Source: Hydrolagus colliei
Taxonomy: Eukaryota
Assembly (NCBI GenBank): GCA_035084275.1
Contig: CM068745.1
Location: 49,414,001 to 49,478,000, forward strand
Direction: 5' to 3'
DNA length: 64,000 nucleotides
Part shown: positions 51,403 through 63,991 of the stretch, one piece after another
Layout of the letters: the number at the start of each line of letters is the position of its first letter
Numbering within the stretch: the stretch's first letter is position 1
Made by a program: the position numbers and the translations under genes
The notes under the pieces: generated by a model
Seen by the model: only the letters and a program-made list of their open reading frames with translations
The model's database searches: none
What the model was told of the DNA's origin: nothing

Positions 51403-51700
51403 GGAGTCTTGTAGCTCAGTGGTTAGAGCACTTGCCCTGCAAACAAGAGACCTGGGTTTGATTCTAGGCAGGATGAAACCTTGGGCAAGTTTCCATACTC
51501 CACACGCCTGATAATAATCCCTCAAACAAAATTGGTAATTTCATTCCAGAACTGTCTGTGGGACACATCTGTATGCAATTGGCTGCTGCGTTCACCCAGA
51601 AACATACAGTCAATTCAGTTTGCAGTAAATTCCGTGAAGCGCTTTGAGATGTCTAGAAGACGTGAAAAGCGATGTATCAAAAGCAAGGATTATTATTTAT
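51403..51700 (+). mobile_element. Full-length SINE (short variant)
   Basis: Matches consensus; tail agcgctttgagatgtctagaagacgtgaaaagcg. Confidence 0.92.
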
Positions 51701-52005
51701 CAATATAAATCCTTATTTCTTATAATATATAATAATAATCTGTGCATTTTTTCTTGTGATTGTTATGATTATAAAATCTGTTACATATTGATGTCATCCT
51801 CTTTTCCCACCTTTAAATATCGCTTTAAAAGTTACCTTTTCAAAGGTGTTTTGATCTCCTGCTGGTGAATACAAATTGAAATGTCCTCTTAACATGAACA
51901 GTACTATATAATAATAATCCTTATATTTTCAATATATCACTTTATCACGTCATTGAGACGTATCAAAGCGCTTTACAGTATATAATGCCAAATAAATTGA
52001 GTGTA

Positions 52006-54527
52006 CATAGAATCATAGAATCATAGAATTTTACGGCACAAAAGGAGGCCATTCGGCCCATCTAGTCTGTGCCGGCTCTTTGAAAAGAGCGATTCAATCC
52101 CACTGCCCTGCCCGCTCCCCATAGCCTAATAGACCCGTTCTCCCTAAATAAAGATCTAATTCCCTTTTAAAAGTTGTTATCGAATCAGCCTCCACCACCT
52201 TTTCAGGCAATGCATTCCAGATTTGAACAACTCGCTGAGTGAAAAAATTTCTCCTCAGCTCCCCTCTACTGCGCCTTGAAACTATTTTAAATCTGTGACC
52301 ACGAGTCACAGATTCACCCACGAGTGGAAATATTTTTTCTCTATTTGCCCTGTCGAAACCCCTCATGATCTTATAAACCTCTATTAGGTCTCCCCTCAAT
52401 CTTCTCTGCTCCAGAGAGAATAACCCTAGCCTATCTAGCCTCTCCTCATAGCTGAAGTCCCTCAATCCTGGCACCATCCTAGTAAATCTTCTTTGTACCC
52501 TTTCCAATGCCTTCACATCCTTTCTGTAGTGTGGTGACCAGAATTGAACACAGTATTCCAGCTGAGGCCTCACCAAAGTCCTATAGAGGTTAGTCAGCAC
52601 TTCCTGACTTTTGTACTCTATACCCCTATTTATAAAGCCTAGTATCCCATATGCCTTCTTAACAGCCTTGTCTACCTGTCCTGCCACCTTCAACGAGTCA
52701 CTAACACAAATCCCCAGGTCTCTCTGTTCCTTTACACCATTTAAAATTGTACTATCTAGCCTATATTGCCTCCCTTCATTTCTTCTCCCAAAATGCATCA
52801 CCTCACACTTCTCTGCATTAAACTTCATCTGCCATGTGTCTGCCCACTTTACCAATTTGTCTATATCCTCTTGCAGATGGCTACTATCCTCCTCACTGTT
52901 TACTATTCTCCCTAACTTAGTGTCATCTGCAAACTTGGAAACTGTACTCCGTACACCCAAGTCCAGATCATTGATGTAGATTACAAACAGCAATGGTCCC
53001 AAAACCGATCCCTGTGGCACACCACTGCTCACTTCCCTCCAATCTGAAAAACAGCCGCTCACTACAACTCTCTGCTTTCTGTCTCGCAGCCAGTTGTGGA
53101 TCCACGCTGCCACTGTCCCTTTTACGCCATGGGCCTTTAATTTCATAATAAGTCTCTCATGTGGCACTTTGTCAAATGCCTTTTGAAAGTCCATGTAAAC
53201 TACATCAACTGCGCTACCATTATCCACCCATTCCGTTACCTCATCAAAAAATTCTATCAGATTTGTAAGGCAAGATTTGCCTTTAACAAATCCATGTTGA
53301 CTGTCCTTTATTAGCCTATATCTTTCTAAGTGAAGATCTACCTTGTCCCTGATTATGGACTCTAGAAGTTTGCCCACTACCGACGTTAGACTGACTGGTC
53401 TGTAGTTACCAGGCTTGTCCTTCTGCCCCTTTTTATACAAGGGAGTAACATTAGCTATCCTCCAGTCCTCTGGCACGACCCCTGTGTCCAAGGAAGATTG
53501 AAAGATCGTGGCCAGAGTCCCTGCTATTTGCTCCCGTGCCTCACTTAGTAACCTAGGGTGCATCCCATCCGGACCAGGTGACTTATCCACCTTGAGCGAC
53601 GTCAACCTTTTTAGCACTTCCTCTCTGGTTATAATTATTCTATCCATTTCTCCTACCCTCTCCTCTAATACCATGGCATTGGCTGTATCCTTTTCTTTTG
53701 TGAAGACAGAGGCGAAGTACTCATTCAGTACATCAGCCATGCCCTCTGCCTCCACAATGAGATTTCCTCCTAGGTCCCTAATTGGCCCCACCCTCTCCTT
53801 GACCAACCTTTTACTCTTAATATGTTGGTAAAAAACCTTAGGGTTCCCCTTAATCTTACTCGCTAATTGTTTTTCATGCAGTCTCTTTGCCCCTCTAACT
53901 TCCTTTTTTAGTTCTATCCTACACTTCCTATATTCTGCTTTGTTCCCTTCTGAATTTTGAGCCTGACACTTATCATAAGCCTCTTTTTTTTGTTTGATTT
54001 TGGCCCCGATTTCCTTAGTCATCCAGGGAGGTTTGGATGCCTTACATTTCACCTTTGTGGGGATGCTTTTGACCTGTGCCTGAACTATCTCCTCTTTGAA
54101 CGCTGCCCACTGCTCGTTAGTTGTCTTACCTGCCAATTTTTCTTTCCAATCCACCTTGGCTAGGTCCCACCTCAACTCATTGAAATTAGCCCTTTTCCAG
54201 TTGAGTGTCCTCACCTGTGATCGTTCCTTATCCCTTTCCATAATTATTCTGAATCTAACGATATTGTGGTCACTATTCCCTAGATGCTCACCTACAGAAA
54301 CCTGTTGAACTTGCCCTACCTCATTTCCCAAAACTAGATCCAGCAATGCTTCTTTCCTCGTTGGACTGGAAACATACTGATCAAGAAAGTTGTCCTGCAC
54401 ACACTTCAGGAATTCTTCTCCCTCCTTGCCCTTTACTCTACTATTCTGCCAGTCTATGTTGGGATAGTTGAAGTCACCCATTATCACTACTCTATTAGTT
54501 CTGCATTTCTCCGTGATACGCTTGCAA
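52006..54527 (-). mobile_element. Young 5'-truncated CR1 LINE with (ATTCTATG)3 tail, inserted in a SINE
   Basis: catagaat x3 at 52006-52029 is the CR1 octamer tail on the minus strand, followed by 3'UTR and ORF2. Flanks rejoin a SINE 3' part (aattgagtgtacat | gttttgggcgaaacac), with ACAT at both junctions. Confidence 0.93.
52094..54527 (-). CDS. CR1-clade LINE ORF2 (C-terminal APE endonuclease + complete reverse transcriptase), 5'-truncated, uninterrupted
   Basis: 835-aa ORF-track entry contains EN motifs VIMGDFNYP, LLDLVL and SDHN, and RT motifs KSPGPDG, NYRPVSLTS, YMDFQKAFDKV, PQGSVLGPLLF and KFADDTKL. C-terminus LFSLEQRRLRGDLIEVYK...FFTQRVVQIWNALP is CR1-typical. The first ~24 aa of the ORF come from flanking DNA. 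Confidence 0.95.
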
Positions 54528-56466
54528 ACATGTTTTGGGCGAAACACATATTCTATCCAATGTGATATCAACAATGATTTTGGTTGCAGGGTCTGATGCA
54601 TGTCATATAGTCACACAGAATTATTTTCATTGTTTGGTGTCATTTTATTTGATATTAAGCCTTTCACTAAAAGAAAAGCTTTGTTTTATTATCAACAGAA
54701 GAACATTGTAAAGTACAGTTCAGCATTTTCCCATATTTCCTTAATCAGTACATCTGCTTCTTGTTATCCCTTTCATTGATTAATGGTTTACATACATAAA
54801 ATGTAGCTGCCATTATTATACAACATGAGTCCAAATAGTATAGCTTTCTTAAAGTCTGTGGATAATATTGTGCTGATTTTCGGAACTTTAAATGCAAGAC
54901 GGGATGTTACTAAATCTAACAAACAACATTTTAATTCACAACAAGATAACAAGTTCAGAAAATATAGTTAGAAAATAGTTGAAAATAGTTCAAAGACATT
55001 TTACTTACTTTACACTAATGTATACTTACAATGTTAATGAATGCAACATCAAATACAATCACCAGCAAAGACACACATGGAATCCAGAGGTCTTGAGATG
55101 CTAATGGCTTTGTGATCTCCACATTATTCACTTTCTTTAACTAGCACACAAATTTAGATGCTATATAAATCAATTGGTACACAGACAGTGATAAATAATT
55201 CAGAGGAACAGTCTTGGGCTATGATTATGAAAGAAAACAAGTAAATGTTGAACATTTATTTCACTCTGCAGGGCTCCAGAAAATAACCAGAATGGTTGTA
55301 ACATATTTGCTTCAACATTGAACCATCCATAAAAAATCATGGAACCACAGTTCTACAGAAAAAAAAACCGTTATACTGATCAGTTAAAATATAAGCCTAT
55401 CTTTTCAAATTAGTTGCAGTTGTTGTACAGTTTCTAAGTATATTTTCCTTCTGCACAATTTTGAAGCAAGATGAAAACTCTTGGAAAGATTTGTGATGTA
55501 AAATATATCTTAAGCAAAAACCTTAAGCAAAAACCTACATGGTTTCTTTGCATGTCTTATTTTCTACCACTTCATCTGTGTATATCCAGAAATTCAGTTA
55601 ATTGCATATTCAATTTGCTAGTCAAAATTATTCAATGAACCAGGCTACAACCACAATAAAATTACATTTGTATAACTCTTTTCATGCCAAAAGGACATCC
55701 CAAGGTGCTAAATTATTGATACAACTCAACTTGTATTTATATTTCAGTGCCATATGATGTGTGCATGATTTTAAATACTACTTTATTTTCTATTTTCAAT
55801 AATAAGTGATATTCACTAATAAAACTCATTGCAATTCTTCTTCATTTCCTTTAAAGTCTATACAAGAACAAGACATCCTTCTGGTTCCACACAAAGCCAA
55901 CAACGTTAATGTCACAGATAACAGTAACCTGCTCACTTGTAATAACAACAACAAAATTACATTTGTATGGGAGGGAGGAGGCAAATTGGAGGGACTACGG
56001 AAACAACAAAAGAAGTGAGAACAACAAATTACATTTGTACAGTGATATAATTTCCTAGAAAATTCTAGAATTACTTTGCTACATAAAAATAATATGATAC
56101 TAATTGTACTCTTCATTGTAGAAGCCAGGTGCATCCTGTAGAAATTAATGGTGTGGGCTCAGATTAATTGGTTCTTTATAAATGGTCATGTGGAAAGTTT
56201 TGCAACAACTTGGGAGAAGAGTATGCAACCGGACAATACAATGATGACAGAGACTTAATGAGGCTGTGTAGTCTAGTAGCTCAGAGTTTGGAGCACCCAC
56301 TGCACAAGTGAGAGGACCTGAGTTTGATTTCCCGCAGAGCAAATCGGTGGGCATCCTACACACCTGTTTACCTACCAGTAAATAGGAACCCAGATGTTAG
56401 TTGATTGGCAGAATGTTTTTTCGGGGGTAATAATTCCTTAAAAATAAAAAATAAAAATTTGATAGT

Positions 56467-56799
56467 GAAATCCTGTAGCTCAGTGGTTAGAGCACTTGCC
56501 TTACAAGCCTGAGACATGTGTTCGAATCCCGGCAGGGTGAAACCTTAGGTAAGTCTCGTTACTCCACACACCTAATAATAATCCATCCAAAAAAAATTAT
56601 AATAAGTTGGTCATTTCAATCCATGACTGTTTGTGGGACACTGCTATGAGTAATTGGCCTCTGCTTTTCACCCACAAATATACAGTCAATTCACTATACT
56701 TGTACAGTATATTCTGTGACGCTCTTTGAAACATTTAAAAGATGTGAAAAGTGCTATATAAAATGCAAGGCTTATTATTATTGTTATTACTATTATTAC
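56467..56799 (+). mobile_element. Short-variant SINE nested inside a long-variant SINE (host 56266-56460 + 56800-56950)
   Basis: The long-variant head precedes, and its core and tail (tccacaattgtttgtgggacactgc...) follow, a complete short copy. Confidence 0.85.
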
Positions 56800-56964
56800 T
56801 CCACAATTGTTTGTGGGACACTGCAGTGTGCAATTGGCTGCTGCATTTTGCCCACAAAAGTCAATTCACTTTACAGTATATTTTGTGATATAATTTTGAG
56901 ACGTCTCAAAGATAAGATCAGTTGCTATATCAAATGGAACTATTATTATGATCTTTATGCAATT

Positions 56965-57410
56965 GACCTAAGCTGTTGGAGCAGTTGAGGTTTACTGTTT
57001 TGCTTGAGGGATACATCCTGCTTACCTAATTCTGTAAAGTATTAGGCACAGGTTTACAAGAGCCAAGATTTGGGGAGTGTGCGTTGTGATACTCCTGAGC
57101 CTTAACCAGCTAAAATCATTGATAGAACTGTCTCACAAGCCTTCTTTGGTAGATGTTAGGTACCTGTATCTGGAATTCCCTGCGGGCATCCCATGGACAA
57201 CACAACTGAGCATGAAATCTGTGAGAGCATTGCCACCATCTTCCTGTCTACAGCTCATGCACACGTCCCTTCCCGTTGAGCGATGGTTCTACCAGTTGGA
57301 GGTGCAGAGATTTGCAACAGCTATTTGCCTCTCTGCATGCCAATCAAAGTGGATTAAAGGAACTGGATGTACAAATCTGCTGAATGATGCTGACACCTTG
57401 GGGAGCCTGG
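56965..57410 (+). pseudogene. Possible Ngaro/DIRS retrotransposon RNase H relic
   Basis: Ordered, frameshifted motifs DLSCW, IWG, YLE, MDNTT, SSCLQLM and ICLSA..IKG...NLL.DADTL resemble DIRS-type RNase H. Confidence 0.35.
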
Positions 57411-57668
57411 TATTGGAATGCATATAGACTGTGGAGTTCTGCATCACATGAAATCTGCAAGTGACAGAAGCATTAATGAAGATTTCAGATTATCATATCC
57501 ACAGGTCCCTGAGTGCTACAGGCAAAATTTCCAATGCCCACCCCTCTCTCTCCCAACTATTCCCAATGCCCATATTAAGAAACCAGGCACACTCTACATC
57601 AAACTAACATCATGTTATTCACAGCATTGTACTCTGGTCAGTCCATATCTAGAGGCCTGCCTATAATT

Positions 57669-57945
57669 GAAGTCCTGTAGAGCAAGCAAGAGACCTGGTT
57701 TCAATTCCCACTTGGGCAAAATCTTGAACACATTTTCTTACTCCACACACCTGATAATAATCACTCAAGAAAAAAAAAGGTCAATTCAATCCACGACAGT
57801 TTGTGGGACACTGCTGTCCACAATTGGCTGCCACATTTCACCATAAACTTACAGTCAATTCACTTTTCAATATACTCTGTGAAGTGCTTTGAGACATCTA
57901 GAAGATGTAAAAAGTGCTATATCAAATGCAAGGATTATTATTGTT
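57669..57945 (+). mobile_element. SINE short variant with deletion in tRNA head
   Basis: gaagtcctgtag|agcaagcaagagacctgg, then full body and tail. Confidence 0.88.
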
Positions 57946-58316
57946 ATATATAATTGTAGTCCCATGGTATAATGGGGTACTGATACAGGTATGGGGGGAT
58001 TCATAGCAATGGAATCTGCATTCAATACCAAGCTATGCGGTTATATCTGGTTAGACTCCAGATGTACCCTAAAACACACTCTTCGGTCCCCAAACCTTGG
58101 CTGTGGCCAACATGTGCTTAATATTTTCCAGAACTAGGTACACAGGATGTGTATCTCAGGGAGAGAGTGCACATTTCATTACAATAAACATCTCTGGAAT
58201 TTCAATGTGCAGGTGGGATTCATGCATGGAACTCTCAGTTTGGTTTTGATACTCATATGCACAGTAATGGATTTCTAAAAGTATTAGTCACCTGGCAGAC
58301 CAAAAGGAAAAAAAAA

Positions 58317-58420
58317 GTTTTTCTGATGAAGGGTCATGGTCCCCAAACATTGACTCACTTGCTTTCTCCATGGATGCTACCTCACTCGCTGAGAGTTCCC
58401 AACGACTTCTGTTTTTTTGA
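58317..58420 (+). mobile_element. Second Penelope-like pLTR remnant with mutated hammerhead core
   Basis: CTGATGA-a-gggtc-atg-gtccc-cAAA-cattgactcactt..tttctccatggatg; reverse-complement match to 38375-38473. Confidence 0.6.
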
Positions 58421-58539
58421 AAATTTTATTCACATTTGTCAGCATGACAAATAAAGCCAATATTTCACTCTATTCTTACACAGAATTCTCCGGATATAAC
58501 ACGCACTGGACCCGATTACATTTAATTATTATTTTGCTT

Positions 58540-60685
58540 GACTACCCGGGTCAGAGAGGTCACCATCTCTGACCACCATTTCATCTCTTTCAACTCCTCT
58601 ATCCCTCTCCCCAATGCCTTTATTCTTACCACCATGTTTTACCACACATGGAAGAAGATCTCCCTACAATCGCTCTCCGCTGCCTTGGAGTGTTTTGAAT
58701 TCCTCCTCCTCTGGCACACCTCCTGCACTGACCTATCCTCCACACACACTCTCCTCCATAACGCCCTCTCCACTACACTCGATGCCCTAGCCCTGCTCAC
58801 CTCCCGAACCACGTCCTATTCTCAAACCTCACCCTGGTTCACCAGCCAACTCTGCTCGCTCATAGGCCAGTTGTTGGCTGCTGAGTGCACCTGGTTCAAA
58901 TCTGGCCTAACACTCCACCGGCATATCTGGCTGGACAACATTAAAAACTACCACTCCAATCTAGCCTCTGCCAAATCATCCTTTTACTCCAGGATAATCC
59001 TGGAGGCAAAGGATAACCCTAGGCTTCAGTTCTCCACAACAAACCGGCTCTTCAACCCTCCTCGCCATGCCTCGCAGATCCTTTTCCTCCAGTTCCCACT
59101 GTGAGGGAATGGTGGATTACCTCAAGTCCAAAATCTGGTCAACTTCCACCCCTTCTGCACCTCCCTCCCACACTCTAACTCCTACCCATCCCTCCTTCCA
59201 CACCTTCAAACATGTCTGCCCATCCTCTCTCATCACCACCATATCCTCCATGAAGCCCACCACCAGCTCCCTGTACCCCATCACAATCCCTCTCCTTTGT
59301 TCCCAGCTGTACCTCCTTGCCCCACTACTCGCCAACATAATAAACCTATCCCTTTCATTCCCACCACCTTCAAAATAGCCACTATCACTCCCATCCTTAA
59401 GAAACCTTCTCCTGATGCATCACTGCTTTCGAGCTGCCAGCCCATCTCCAACCTCCCTTTTCTGGCAAAAGACTTTGAAAGAGTCGTTGCCTCCCAGCTT
59501 CACTCCTTTCTCTCATCCCACTCCCTCCATGAGTCTTTGAATCAGGCTTCTATGCTGCCCACAGCACGGAAACTGCTCTGGTTAAGGTAAAAAATGATAT
59601 ACTGACCATAATGACAAGGGCTTCCTCTGCTCCTCATCCTCATTTTTCTATTTTACTGCCTCCGATACTGTGGACCACTCAATCCTCCTCCACTGTCTTT
59701 CCTCCCACCTCAACCTTCAAGGTTCTGTCCTCGACTGGTTCCGGTCCTATCTTACACAACCCCTCCATTTCATGTCTGCCAAACAGCTTTTCCTCCAGCC
59801 CCCGCATGGTCCCGTGCAGCATTCCTCAGTGCTCTGCCCTTGGTCCCCTCCTCTTCACCCTCAAAATTCTCCCCCTTGGTGACGTCATCCGCAGACATGG
59901 GGTGAATTTCTACATGTATGCGGACACCATTTCCGCTTCCACCCTCAACTCCAGGACTACTGATTACCTGTCTGACATTGAGTCCTGGATGAGATACAAC
60001 TTTCTCTAGTTGAATGTCCGCAAGACTGAGGCCCTCCCGATTGGCTCATGTCAATGCTACTGCAACTCAGGCGCTGGCAGCATCAGCATCCAAGGCTGCA
60101 CTCTCCACCTCTCAAAGCCAGTCAGGAAGCTGTGTGTCTTGTTTGACCCTGAACTGTCCTTACTCCCCCACATCCGCGCCATGACCTGTACTGCCTTCCA
60201 CCACCTTCGCAACATCGCCAGACTCCACCACTGCCTCACCCCTCAGGCTGCCAAAACCCTTGTCCATGCATTTGTCACATCAAGGCTCAACTTTGGAAAA
60301 TCCCGCTTCGTCGGCCTTCCTGGTTCTTCCCTTCACAAGCTGCAGATCATCCAGAACTCTGCAGCTCGTGTCCTCTCCCGCATCAAGCTCAACAACCACA
60401 TCGCTCCCATCCTTGTCCGGTTCCATTGGCTCACCATTCCCCAAAGCAGCAAATTCAAATCCTCGTCTTCAGTTGCCCCTCCTATCTCTCCCCCCCTCCG
60501 TTCAGTGGGTTCCAGTCTGCTCCATAAACCACGCATGTTCCACCATACCATTGGTGGATGGGCTTTCAGCCTCTCTGCCTCCCCCATAGTCGCTTCACCT
60601 TGTTTCCTTCCTTGCCTCATTCAAGGCTGGTCTTAAGACCCTTCTCTTCGATCATGCTCTAAAAATGTAATGTTGTTGTTGTTGT
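58540..60685 (+). mobile_element. Degenerate L2-clade LINE (ORF2 pseudogene) with (GTT)n tail
   Basis: Frameshifted pieces TISDHHFISF, PWFTSQL, ITPILKKPS..PISNLPFLAK.FERVVASQL, PQCSALGPLLF, MYADT and AKTLVHAFVTSRL..KLQIIQNSAARVL; ends aaatgtaatgttgttgttgttg. Confidence 0.9.
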
Positions 60686-61587
60686 AGTGGAGATAGGAAA
60701 AGTTAGTCATACGTTATCTTATTACTCAACATTGATATTTTAGTTCCCTTCTTTTGTAAATTCAGAAGTGTTAACTCTAAGTGTTCTCATGACATTAAAC
60801 TATCCAAGCTAATGATGTTTTGATGTGTGCCTGTTCCACCTGAATTACTTTTCTTCCCCTGCAGTTTCCTCCATTTCCAATGCATGTATTACGCACAGCG
60901 TAATGTGGTGCACCATTGTGGAGTGAAATCATTAATCTTATGCAGGATTACTCCATATATATCAAAGGAGAATACACACTCTTGCATTGGGCTGGTTATA
61001 ATAATCGACATGCATTAATTTTACTCCACCAGTAAATCAAACATTGGTCTGAGTGAGGCTAATAATTCTAATTGAGAATGCCTCACAACTATGGATAATT
61101 TCCAGTGTTACTTAAATTAATTGGCTTAGCCCTCTAATAATAGACGGTTTTAATCCAATGTCATAAAAGATTTACCGCCTTTTAAACCTTGAGCTGAAAA
61201 TTCAAACCAGTTTTAATAACACCCAAGTGCACTCTTACAGTTGATATGTCAGCATAAAAAGTACAGCCAGGTGGAAAATTACCGCCTATATAACTAATGT
61301 ACATAATTGCAATCATAATTGCAGATCTACCCTAATGATATTGGACTGCTTTCCAGCACAGCTAACAATCAAACCAACAAAGATTCCAAATATGAGTATA
61401 ATTTTACTCTTCAAGTTCCAATTCCTTACAGTGTATAATTTGCTACATTATATAACAATTTTAATGCAGCACATTAATTATTTTACAAAATATTCCTGCC
61501 CATTTATTGAACAACATCATCCCCCCAACCAGCCCCCACCCCACACCACCCCACACACAGTAACATCAATGTTACATCAATATATGT

Positions 61588-61865
61588 TAATAATAATCCT
61601 TGCATTTCACATCTTCTAGATATATCAAAGTGCTTCACAGAATATACTTTAAACTGACTGCATATAAATGGGCAAAACGCAGCGGTCAATTGCACACAAC
61701 AGTGTCCCACAAACAGTCATGGATTGAAATTACCTATTTTTTTAAAAGGATTATTATTAGGTGTGTGAAGTAAGGAAACTTGCCCAAGATTTCACCACAC
61801 CGGGAGTCAAACCCAGGTCTCTCGTTTGTAAGGCAAGTGCTCTAAACACTGAACTACAGGATTCC
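61588..61865 (-). mobile_element. Full-length SINE (short variant)
   Basis: Reverse complement of consensus, ending ...aactacaggattcc. Confidence 0.9.
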
Positions 61866-63812
61866 AATTGCAACTAATATTCAGAAAGGTACAAGATTTT
61901 ATTACCTCATACCGATTATGACTGGAACACAAAATGATCTGACTTCTTGTATAACTTTAAAGTTAATAATGTAAATCTAGTATTTCCCAGGTGGTGCGGC
62001 AACAAAGCCTGATAAACATGAAACAGGTGGAGATTTGGGCATTCGAGTTGACAGAAAAACTACAGTCTTTGACTCGCAACTACAATTGAATTTCAGCAGT
62101 TATCCTGCAGTGTCGATAGGGCCACAGGATTAATGTGTCTCATCTGATAATATTTCAATGGTGAGAGAACAGGTGTCATCTTTGCAACAAATAATCTAAC
62201 TGAATTCTGTTAAGTGAGGGTGTAAAAGTGTGCAGCAAAGTCACAAAGAAAAATGAAAATACTAAAATAGTTCAAATAAGCACCAAGTCATCATCCTTTA
62301 CACAGAATAAAACTAACAGAGTAAAGATCATTGGAGCTATTGAATGATTAAACAGTGCACATTTGATAATTAAATATTTGCGCATATAATTTAACATTTA
62401 GCATTTTGTTCATAATAATCTAATATTAATCCTTGTTTATTAATTATTGTATTTGTTAAAGTGCCTTTCATGTCAGTACAATATCTCAATGTGCTACCCA
62501 GGCCTTTTATTGTAAGGCGATCTGCTCTATTTTGTTGGCAAATTAAGCAGTCAAATAAGCTCACAGCAATGTCCGATTTATGATTGATAAGAATCAAACA
62601 ATCTTTCATCACTGAAGTGCAATTACAAGTGACATTATTCACTTATCTCTAGCTGTAACACACTTGTCGCAACATTCTGTGATATTTTACATGGCTTAAT
62701 CATCAGGCATTAAAACCAGTTAGTGTTCGAACTGTTTTGCTAATATGAATCTTTGTTTCAAACCTTCAACTCATTTATGTGCTATGTAATCCATTTCCTG
62801 AAGGTCCACAGTATTCCAAGCACTGCTGATGGCGCTACAGCCAACCTGGCTCATCGACAAGACCTAGAAGGGTTGACTAGTCACTGTTTGTAGGGAGTCA
62901 TCCCATTCAGCTCCTGTTAACTCTGCAAGCTAACATCCTAATAACTGGGTTGATCCTAGTTGGATAATGGCAAGCTGTTGGAATATGGAGGTCAAAGCTA
63001 GAACAACAACTTGGATTTATACAGTGCTCTCCATGCCAAATGGCATCTCAGAGTGCTTCACAAAACACTAAGCTTTAGTATTAGTTTGCAGTTTTAGCTG
63101 CATAGACTCAAGTAGCACTATACTCTGGCATTCCCAAGCCTTGGCTCTTGCCAACCTGTGTCTAATACTTTCCGGAAAAAGTTAATCTATATCTGGGATT
63201 TCCATGTGTAGTTGTCAAATCTCATCTTTGTTTAGATACACTTATGCAAGATGATGGTTTTCTACATGTGTCAAACACCCAGCTGACCAAAAAACAAATG
63301 TGCTAGGAGACAAAAGTGGTGGAATTGTACAGATTTACATAAAAATAAATGATCTGCAAAATAATAGAGTCCTTAGTTTGTAGCTCCTCTTAGGATATGC
63401 CTCTCTCCCTTATTGTTTATATACAGTGATTCGTGGTTTGCTGAAAATAATTTTGCACAATAAATTTCAACTGATCATCATAAAATAGAAACATGCTACA
63501 TTGTGTTAAATCAGTTTAAACGATAGACAGTTGAAAAAAAATGTTTGAAATATCTAAGGGTAAAAAGTGTTTCTTTTTAATCTTGTAACCAAAGTTGGAC
63601 TGCATCTTTCCTGCTCTCATACATACAGGGTAGACAAGACAGTAATATAAATCCAATCCAGGTTCTTAGATTTTTAGGACATCTGAACTAGGGGAGAAGT
63701 TTACTCAATCACAGTTATTGCACCAGTGAGATGACAAAAAGATGATTTTGTGTGTGCACTGGCACTTGGCTTGCTGCACATTCACTTGTGTTTTTGAGGG
63801 TTGTCTCATGAC

Positions 63813-63991
63813 CTTTCTAAATATGGTTGAAATCTTTCAGCTGTTACTGAAAATTCCTGGAGGACGTGGAGAAGGTGACTCATTTTGGCAATTGTTCCTG
63901 TGCTCAAAGCATATGACAAGGCTTCATGGTCAAAAGCTGGTAATCGACCCAATCGTTCCTGTCTTGGATTTGGAGTCAAGGGATGCATTAC
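63813..63991 (-). CDS. Candidate internal exon of an unidentified host gene
   Basis: ttgctag acceptor, open frame VMHPLTPNPRQERLGRLPAFDHEALSYALSTGTIAKMSHLLHVLQEFSVTAERFQPYLE, weak donor AG|gtcatg. Confidence 0.3.

Noticed and set aside
52611-54308. Plus-strand ORFs of 68-122 aa
   Set aside because: Antisense shadows of CR1 ORF2.
60915-61035. Imperfect inverted repeat (gtggagtgaaat...attttactccac)
   Set aside because: Arms are short (~12 bp) and gapped, with no TSD; too weak to call.
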